A stretch of DNA of 64,000 nucleotides from an uncultured Fidelibacterota bacterium (GTDB lineage: Bacteria; Fidelibacterota; Marinisomatia; Marinisomatales; UBA1611): assembly GCA_913040915.1 (NCBI GenBank), contig CAJWHW010000008.1, positions 9,808-73,807 on the forward strand, given 5' to 3'. The notes under the pieces were generated by a model that was given only the letters and a program-made list of their open reading frames with translations, was not told where the DNA came from and ran no database searches. Of the stretch, positions 57,797-64,000 are shown one piece after another. Made by a program: the position numbers and the translations under genes. Position 1 is the first letter of the stretch, and the number at the start of each line of letters is the position of its first letter.

Positions 57797-58954
57797 CTAA
57801 ATCTGATCTGCTAATAGTAGAAGGTCAAATATATCGATTGAAGAATTGAAATCAAGGTCTCCAGATGAGTATTGATGCATGGTTGGTTCTGAATTTTGAA
57901 TAATAATTAGTAGTAATAAGATTAAATCCGGCATAGTTATAATTCCATTATTATCCAAATCACCCAATGATTCAAGAATATCTGCCAGAAAGAATGATTC
58001 TTCAATAAATGTTAAAGAATATGGAAAACGTTCACCATTCAATACTTCAGTGTAATGATCACCAGGATAAATTTCATAAGTATAATGAATATTTTTTTCT
58101 TCTAATAAATCAGAAAAGGAATTAGAATGATTGTAGAACAAATAGGAATCTTGATCTCCGCAGTCTAAGTAAAACCGTTGAGCTTTTAGATTTTCATCTG
58201 AATCTTCAGCAAGCGTTAAAGGATCATGCTGCAGCCAAAGTTGCCATACATCTTCAATTATATTGCCATCAGCATCAACTGGTAAGTTAACATTATATGG
58301 AAGATTATTTAGATCAGGACTAAAAGCTGCAGCTGCACTAAACATAAAGAGACTTACAGTTCCATTGAAGGGTTGATATCCTAAAATTCCTGTTTCCTCT
58401 AAAAGTACAGGTAATAAATCAGGGATAAGGTTCTCAAAAGCAATTGCGCCAGCATGTGAAGCTGCAATCTTAAATAATTCTGGGAATTTCACAGCTAATT
58501 TCACAGCACCATAACCACCCATAGAATGGCCCATTATGGCACGGTATGATGGGATATTAATAGTTTGATAAGTCTGATCAATATGTGTAATCAAATCCTG
58601 GACAATATAATTTTCAAATTGTCCATTATATTCTGAATTCGTATACATGCTCCCTAAATATGGTAGTACAAATCCATCTAACTTAATTAGGACGGATTCC
58701 CGAACTTCACCTGTTACCATCATGCCTTCAAATACATCTATCAAGGTACTATACCATGAATAATCTGCTCCAAATCCATGAAGAAAATATATAGATGGGT
58801 AAGTTGAATCTGGATTGGACTCATAGCTCGGTGGAAGAACGATCTCATAATACATATTATAGCCTAAAGCAGGACTATAAAAAGATGCAGTAATAGCATC
58901 TGCTTTTACTGTTGTAAAGCAAAACAGGTAAAAGTAATGTATATATTTTTTCAT
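57797..58954 (-). CDS. Secreted alpha/beta-hydrolase (esterase) with C-terminal dockerin-like domain
   Basis: FLHG, GHSMGG, DCGDQD, PGDH; GDLDNNG...GDLDFNS repeat. Confidence 0.85.
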   Translation of the reverse strand: MKKYIHYFYLFCFTTVKADAITASFYSPALGYNMYYEIVLPPSYESNPDSTYPSIYFLHGFGADYSWYSTLIDVFEGMMVTGEVRESVLIKLDGFVLPYLGSMYTNSEYNGQFENYIVQDLITHIDQTYQTINIPSYRAIMGHSMGGYGAVKLAVKFPELFKIAASHAGAIAFENLIPDLLPVLLEETGILGYQPFNGTVSLFMFSAAAAFSPDLNNLPYNVNLPVDADGNIIEDVWQLWLQHDPLTLAEDSDENLKAQRFYLDCGDQDSYLFYNHSNSFSDLLEEKNIHYTYEIYPGDHYTEVLNGERFPYSLTFIEESFFLADILESLGDLDNNGIITMPDLILLLLIIIQNSEPTMHQYSSGDLDFNSSIDIFDLLLLADQI

Positions 58955-58987
58955 AAGACTAAATAAAAATTAAGCAGTAAATAATTA

Positions 58988-60016
58988 TTATCCCCAAATA
59001 AGTATTTGATCTGATGGAAGATATTTAGAAATATAATTTTTTAATAACTTTAATGCGGCTTGTCTTTCTTTTTTCGGAACTGTAACAATACCACCTTCAA
59101 ATGTATATTGATCATAAAATAGATCTGATCTTGGTTCCCGCTTCCGTATTCTATTAAAAAAGTCCTTGTTCATCCGAAACACGCCTAAAGTTACATCTAA
59201 TAATTCCGATGCATTAATTTCTGAAAATATGTATGAAAAAAAACTCTGATACAGCTGTTGCCACTCATCTACAAATAAAATAGGATCAAAACAAAGGCGG
59301 ACCTTCCATCCCGCTTTCATTGCACTTTTAATAGAAGCAACACGACTATTCAGAGGAGGTGCTGAAGTTTCATATCTTTCACATATTTTGCTAGGTGAAA
59401 GAGTCCAGCTTAGTATGACGTTATGTGTATATGGCAAGTGATTTAATGAAGAGAAGAGTGCACTTTTTGTTCTTATTTCTATTATTAGATTCTCTTTAGT
59501 TCTAACGAACTCAATCCAACGAGATGATACAGGAATAATTTTTTCCATAGCCATTAAATCAGTATTATAAGAAATAGATACTAGCATAGGCTGTGAAGGC
59601 TGTTTCAAATTTTTGAGTTCTAGTTCAATCGAATTGAAGAAGTCCACTTCATTCACAAATACTACCATATTCCCTGAATTATACATACCTTGTAAAAAAC
59701 AATAATCACAATTATAAAGACAATTTAAAATGGGGGTATTATAATAGACATTTGGCGTACCAAATTCCTGAACCAATTCAGAAGCTGGATATAAAAGAGG
59801 CTCTGACTTTTTGGCCAAAATCAATTTCATAGAAGTCTTTTGGATTTGGAAATCTTGTCTGGTCCTGTTAAATAAATCTTTATAGTGATCTATCTCTACA
59901 ACCTGAGCATCAGGAAATTTGGATAAAGCCAGTTGAGCCAGGGCATAATCTGCGGTTCCTTTTTCAACATAAATATGAGAAAAATTAGGTTGAAAGTTGT
60001 TCACGAATAAATTCAA
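58988..60016 (-). CDS. Spore photoproduct lyase-like radical SAM protein
   Basis: NCLYNCDYCFLQG, EIRTKS, WTLSP, E...PPL..R, CFDP. Confidence 0.8.
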   Translation of the reverse strand: MNLFVNNFQPNFSHIYVEKGTADYALAQLALSKFPDAQVVEIDHYKDLFNRTRQDFQIQKTSMKLILAKKSEPLLYPASELVQEFGTPNVYYNTPILNCLYNCDYCFLQGMYNSGNMVVFVNEVDFFNSIELELKNLKQPSQPMLVSISYNTDLMAMEKIIPVSSRWIEFVRTKENLIIEIRTKSALFSSLNHLPYTHNVILSWTLSPSKICERYETSAPPLNSRVASIKSAMKAGWKVRLCFDPILFVDEWQQLYQSFFSYIFSEINASELLDVTLGVFRMNKDFFNRIRKREPRSDLFYDQYTFEGGIVTVPKKERQAALKLLKNYISKYLPSDQILIWG

Positions 60017-60803
60017 AAAGTTGGTTTCGTTCTACCTTAGACATTGATTTTTTCAATTGAATTAAAGGAAAATTCGAATATTGATTTCTTAACCGAAATC
60101 CCTTACAATAATTCAGCAATTTCCGAAATTGTGATTCAGTAAAACCGAATTTTTCACGTATGGATTCAATCCATACCATATCCTTTTCATTTAATATTGA
60201 TTTTTCTGAAACCGCTAGTCTTTTAAACTCTAAAATAAAATGTTCTATTAGATTCATTCTTGATTTGATAAGTTTTGAAATTGTTTGATCAGTTATCCTA
60301 TTCTCAGCTAAGTCCATATAGTCCGATACAATTTTAATAAATGATACTCGCTGAATAGGTAAAATTGATGCTAAAACATTGAATATTTCAGAAGCCTCCA
60401 TATCAACCAGTGTAGAATATTCATTGTCATCCTTGGTTACGGGTTCATTTACAGTAACGATTGAACTTTCCTGAAATTTGTGTTTTATGATCATTTCCGG
60501 ATAGAAAGATTTACCTGTTTGTTTATCCGTTATTTTTTGAATAACATATCCAGTGCCGATCTTTGTTGTTAAAGGATTCCCTCCAGCGATTCCAATATTA
60601 ATAAACTGGATAAATTTTGGATGGAGTTGTTCTAGAAAAAATAAGATTCTATTTCTGATTTTTGCTGAGCCAATACCTATTCCTAGTAAATAAATGTCTT
60701 TGTTTTTGAAAACTGGAAAGTCAAATGAAGGTTCACGTTTTAGATTAAAATGATCAATTAGTGGCTGTGATTCTGCTTTTAAAGCAGTCAGAATACATTG
60801 CAT
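59985..60803 (-). CDS. Nucleoside phosphorylase / MTA-SAH nucleosidase-like protein
   Basis: TAL..E, GIG, INIGIAGG, VDMEAS, KIVSD. Confidence 0.75.
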   Translation of the reverse strand: MQCILTALKAESQPLIDHFNLKREPSFDFPVFKNKDIYLLGIGIGSAKIRNRILFFLEQLHPKFIQFINIGIAGGNPLTTKIGTGYVIQKITDKQTGKSFYPEMIIKHKFQESSIVTVNEPVTKDDNEYSTLVDMEASEIFNVLASILPIQRVSFIKIVSDYMDLAENRITDQTISKLIKSRMNLIEHFILEFKRLAVSEKSILNEKDMVWIESIREKFGFTESQFRKLLNYCKGFRLRNQYSNFPLIQLKKSMSKVERNQLFEFIREQLST

Positions 60804-60812
60804 CGAAATTGG

Positions 60813-61436
60813 TTAAAAGAAAGAAAACCGAACGATTTTTCGTTTTGGTTTATATCTTTTCTTCAATATGTTTCTTCCTTCCCATGTAAAGAAAAGTAAT
60901 CGTGTCCTACGACCTTCTGATCCATACATAAATTCACTTTGCTTATCTCTCTTTCTCATATCCAAACCGATAGACTCTAAAACTAGTTTTTGTGTATCAA
61001 AATCCAGCCTGTCAAAATCTTGATATACAATATCACGTCCAAATCTGGCACCAATCAAATTGAGAGTTTTACCAAGCAGATAAATTGTAATCCCTCCCCC
61101 AACACCGTATAACATTAATTCATTTGTCATTTGACCAGAAACAGAAGCACCGAGGGACGCAGCCATAGATAATGCCCCGATAAATGTAAATGGTGTGCCT
61201 AATGAGTGATATGATTTTTCAGCATAACGTACTTCTACCAGACTTCTAATTGGAACAGCCATTAATACAACTTTCTCCTGCCAAAAAATAACTTTTTTCT
61301 TTTTAATTGTAAAATTATTGGATGATGTGAAAATATCATTGGTTTTGGTGAATAGCATGATCCTTTGTGAAAACCCTGAGGAAAGGAATAATGCAAAAGC
61401 GATAATATGTATCATTCTAAATTTCATGGGTCGCAT
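60813..61436 (-). CDS. Hypothetical membrane protein
   Basis: Signal peptide plus two Gly-rich TM segments. Confidence 0.6.
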   Translation of the reverse strand: MRPMKFRMIHIIAFALFLSSGFSQRIMLFTKTNDIFTSSNNFTIKKKKVIFWQEKVVLMAVPIRSLVEVRYAEKSYHSLGTPFTFIGALSMAASLGASVSGQMTNELMLYGVGGGITIYLLGKTLNLIGARFGRDIVYQDFDRLDFDTQKLVLESIGLDMRKRDKQSEFMYGSEGRRTRLLFFTWEGRNILKKRYKPKRKIVRFSFF

Positions 61437-61445
61437 TGTTTAAAT

Positions 61446-62582
61446 TTAATTAAGAGATTGTAATGCTCTCATCAAAAGTTCCACATCCTTTATCGAGTTA
61501 TATATTTGGATTGAAATACGGATATACTGCTTACCCTGCCAATAAAATATTGGAATTTCAATTTTGTACTCATGCCATAGTTTCTCTTTTAAACCTGCAG
61601 GCAAATTATCTGGTAAAGGGTGGGATAACATTTGGCCCAACCAATTACCACCAGTGGATATTGGTGGAGTTCCCAATACAGAATGAAATTCTGAATAAAC
61701 ATTATGTATTAGTTCTTTACAAAATAATTGATTATGATGAATAACATTTTTATAGAAATCTATAGCTATTGGAATTGTCAAGAATGCTGATAAATCACGG
61801 GTACCCTGCCACTGAAAATTCTGTAAAAACTCAGAAGGCGTTGGATCATCTCCTTCCTTCCCCCAACTAATTACTAAAGGACGAATCCAAGTCTGATGTT
61901 TTTTATCAACATATAAAAAAGATGAACCTTTTGGTCCGCATAGCCATTTATGGCACGCGCCAGTGTAAAAATCACAACCCAATTCTTTGATATTTAATGG
62001 TATATGTGCTGGTACATGGGCCCCATCAATAATCGTTAGTATTCCCTTTTCTTTAGCGATTTCAATAATTCTTTGAATGGGAAATATCAATGCAGTAGCA
62101 CTGGTAATATGTGATAGAAATATTACTTTGGTCTTTGAGTTTATTCCTTTTGAAAATTCTTCAACAAATTTCTCATCTGTTGTCATCGGGAGTGATATCT
62201 CCTGCTGTATAATTCTAACTTGGGTTTTTTTGCCCCAATCATTCCACGAACGGACTAATGCACCATATTCATGACTGGACATTAGAACTTCGTCCCCTTT
62301 ATTTAACCCCAAATTGTATATTACATTGGTGATAGCGGTAGTTGGATTTGGGAAAAAAATAATTTCATCTTGATTACAACCAACAAAGTCACTCAAAGCA
62401 ATTCTTGAATTTTCTAATTTAGTATATACATGATCCGTAAGGAACCGGACCGGCTGTTTTTCCAATTGTTTTTGACAGTCCTGATATTCCTTAAATATAG
62501 GGACCGGACAAGCACCATAAGAACCGTGATTCAAAAATGTCATAGTCGGATCAAGCAGAAAGAGATCCTTAAGATCATTCAT
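61446..62582 (-). CDS. Class V PLP aminotransferase-family protein (isopenicillin N epimerase / cysteine desulfhydrase-like)
   Basis: FLNHGSYGACP, HEYGA, SHITS, IDGAH, CHKWLCGPKG, WQGTRD. Confidence 0.85.
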   Translation of the reverse strand: MNDLKDLFLLDPTMTFLNHGSYGACPVPIFKEYQDCQKQLEKQPVRFLTDHVYTKLENSRIALSDFVGCNQDEIIFFPNPTTAITNVIYNLGLNKGDEVLMSSHEYGALVRSWNDWGKKTQVRIIQQEISLPMTTDEKFVEEFSKGINSKTKVIFLSHITSATALIFPIQRIIEIAKEKGILTIIDGAHVPAHIPLNIKELGCDFYTGACHKWLCGPKGSSFLYVDKKHQTWIRPLVISWGKEGDDPTPSEFLQNFQWQGTRDLSAFLTIPIAIDFYKNVIHHNQLFCKELIHNVYSEFHSVLGTPPISTGGNWLGQMLSHPLPDNLPAGLKEKLWHEYKIEIPIFYWQGKQYIRISIQIYNSIKDVELLMRALQSLN

Positions 62583-62629
62583 AATAAATATCCAATTAGT
62601 TTTGGGCCTCTTACATTTATTTATGAGAG

Positions 62630-62821
62630 CTATTTCCCATTAGTGAATTTCATACTAATCAGAGATACAATTGCAGTAATCACCAGCATAAAAGTGACTA
62701 AATAATAATAAGGCATTATATCCCAAATAAATGATTTCTGTGTAATTATTAATACTATTAACAGGAAAAGGTAGTTTAGTAAAAATAGTTTATGAAAATA
62801 GATTTTGTTGAAAAATATCAT
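62630..62821 (-). CDS. Possible small membrane protein
   Basis: 63-aa hydrophobic ORF co-oriented with neighbours in very AT-rich DNA. Confidence 0.35.
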   Translation of the reverse strand: MIFFNKIYFHKLFLLNYLFLLIVLIITQKSFIWDIMPYYYLVTFMLVITAIVSLISMKFTNGK

Positions 62822-62877
62822 TTGGAATTTTTTTATTTATTCTAAAAACTATATTTAAATACAATTAAAAACATTTA

Positions 62878-63678
62878 CTAAAAGCGTCTTAATCTTTTCT
62901 TCATAATTTTAGCATGTTGAATGAGCTCTGAAACTACTTCTTCGGAGAAAATTTTTGATAAAAAGGTACTAGATATCTGGCGTAAATCCTTTTGTGTTTT
63001 TTCATAATATTCCACAGCAGATTTCTGGAGTGATACCTTTATACTTTCACGGTCACCTTCGTCCCAATCAACACCAAAGTCATCAAAGAGCCTTTGTACC
63101 AATGTGATTTGATCTTTTTGAGCCATTCCTAATTGATTTAACAAATTGAAAAATTTCCCCATAGAAATCTGTAATCCCGTTAAATAGCCGGCACGGGATA
63201 AACTTGTCCAATGTTCCATTTCTAACACTAAATCCTTTTGGATCATTTTTAGGATCTCGAAAACATGGTTAATGCCCTTATGCTTTGGTGTAGGGTCATA
63301 TCCATATTTCGGTGAACCAATTTCAGGGTCTTCGATTAAAATTTCAATTCTCGCTAACTGATTTTTAACCAATTCAATATGGTAGGATCTCATTGTCTGA
63401 GTGACACTTGTTCTCTCTTTTTTTGATAAAGTCAAGAAATATACAGTATCTTTTAAAGAATCTGCGATCTCTTTAATTAGACCTTCATTATCTTGTTGAG
63501 CAGATTCTAAAAGAGAAATTTGGGTCTCCCGATTATATTTTAACAGTGGGTTATCTGGATGACTAAGTGAAGATCTTAACTTATCATAGTTAGTACGATA
63601 AGAAATATCTATCGCTTCCAAAATTTTATCCGGATTGTATTTTTCTCGTAACTCCTTTGTGCTTGCTAGATGTCTCAT
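62878..63678 (-). CDS. Hypothetical helical protein
   Basis: 266-aa ORF, no recognised motif. Confidence 0.65.
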   Translation of the reverse strand: MRHLASTKELREKYNPDKILEAIDISYRTNYDKLRSSLSHPDNPLLKYNRETQISLLESAQQDNEGLIKEIADSLKDTVYFLTLSKKERTSVTQTMRSYHIELVKNQLARIEILIEDPEIGSPKYGYDPTPKHKGINHVFEILKMIQKDLVLEMEHWTSLSRAGYLTGLQISMGKFFNLLNQLGMAQKDQITLVQRLFDDFGVDWDEGDRESIKVSLQKSAVEYYEKTQKDLRQISSTFLSKIFSEEVVSELIQHAKIMKKRLRRF

Positions 63679-63731
63679 ATATATCCAAATGTACTTTTAG
63701 TTGCACATTTGAGGCAATGAAGCAAAAATAA

Positions 63732-64000
63732 CTATTTCAACAGTAGAATTTTTTGTGTTTTTGTTTTTTCACCATATGTAAGCCGCGCAAAATACATACC
63801 TGATGCGTATTGATTTGCATGCCATTTTGCTGAATATCGTCCCGCCAGCATTGACCCTTTAATTAATGTTTCAACTAATCTGCCTTGTAAATCATAAATA
63901 TTTAGAGACATCAAATATTGCCTATCGCTCTCGGGAAGATCAAATCGAAGTGTTGTTGTCGGGTTGAATGGATTTGGATATGCAGGATATAGGGCTATTT
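63732..64000 (-). CDS. C-terminal end of a secreted protein with T9SS-type sorting domain (5'-partial)
   Basis: Frame open to the window edge: ALYPAYPNPFNPTTTLRFDL...ASGMYF...QKILLLK. Confidence 0.85.
   Translation of the reverse strand, partial: IALYPAYPNPFNPTTTLRFDLPESDRQYLMSLNIYDLQGRLVETLIKGSMLAGRYSAKWHANQYASGMYFARLTYGEKTKTQKILLLK

Noticed and set aside
61446..62582. Selenocysteine lyase/SufS linked to the selenoprotein
   Set aside because: It lacks the C-terminal catalytic Cys loop (RxGHHC or SxGSAC) and resembles CefD-like proteins
1641..62705. The many 60-126 aa antisense or alternate-frame ORFs nested in long genes
   Set aside because: They are shadow ORFs fully inside well-supported CDSs, with no recognisable motifs
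1..64000. CRISPR arrays, tRNA/rRNA, transposases, integrases, defence systems
   Set aside because: No repeat-spacer pattern, cloverleaf or diagnostic protein motif seen; intergenic regions are short

Overview
AT-rich, gene-dense bacterial DNA with no rRNA, tRNA, CRISPR array or mobile element that I could see. Several proteins end in T9SS-type 'YPNPFN...K(I/L)ILLK' tails or dockerin-like tails. Together with TonB receptors, this points to an FCB-superphylum organism, plausibly marine Marinimicrobia/Marinisomatota (inference). Contents in order: an amidohydrolase pair; a TetR/TonB-receptor/lipoprotein/2xYbaN unit divergent from hemH; an iron-type uptake unit (consensus promoter, Fur-like palindrome, structured leader, two unannotated small ORFs, FecA-like receptor, DUF4856-like lipoprotein, terminator); a TetR-fadE-fadA-fadN beta-oxidation operon; an HTTM-DCC fusion with a partner gene; a ~17 kb block of duplicated MMPL/LolA-like/beta-barrel/arylsulfotransferase/FabH modules around a PAPS sulfotransferase and a START protein (one fabH is a pseudogene); thiN-SSS-CYTH; fba and pfp; a CSAD-like decarboxylase/TagF-like/ATP-grasp operon; acetoacetate-CoA ligase; an active gap next to a Cys-less gap paralog; and a minus-strand run of secreted and housekeeping genes. 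The top finding is that two ORF-track entries (57471..57659 and 56097..57443) are one reading frame split by a single UGA in a thioredoxin-like U-x-x-C motif, followed by a SECIS-like hairpin. That makes a candidate secreted selenoprotein: redoxin + beta-helix + T9SS sorting domain.
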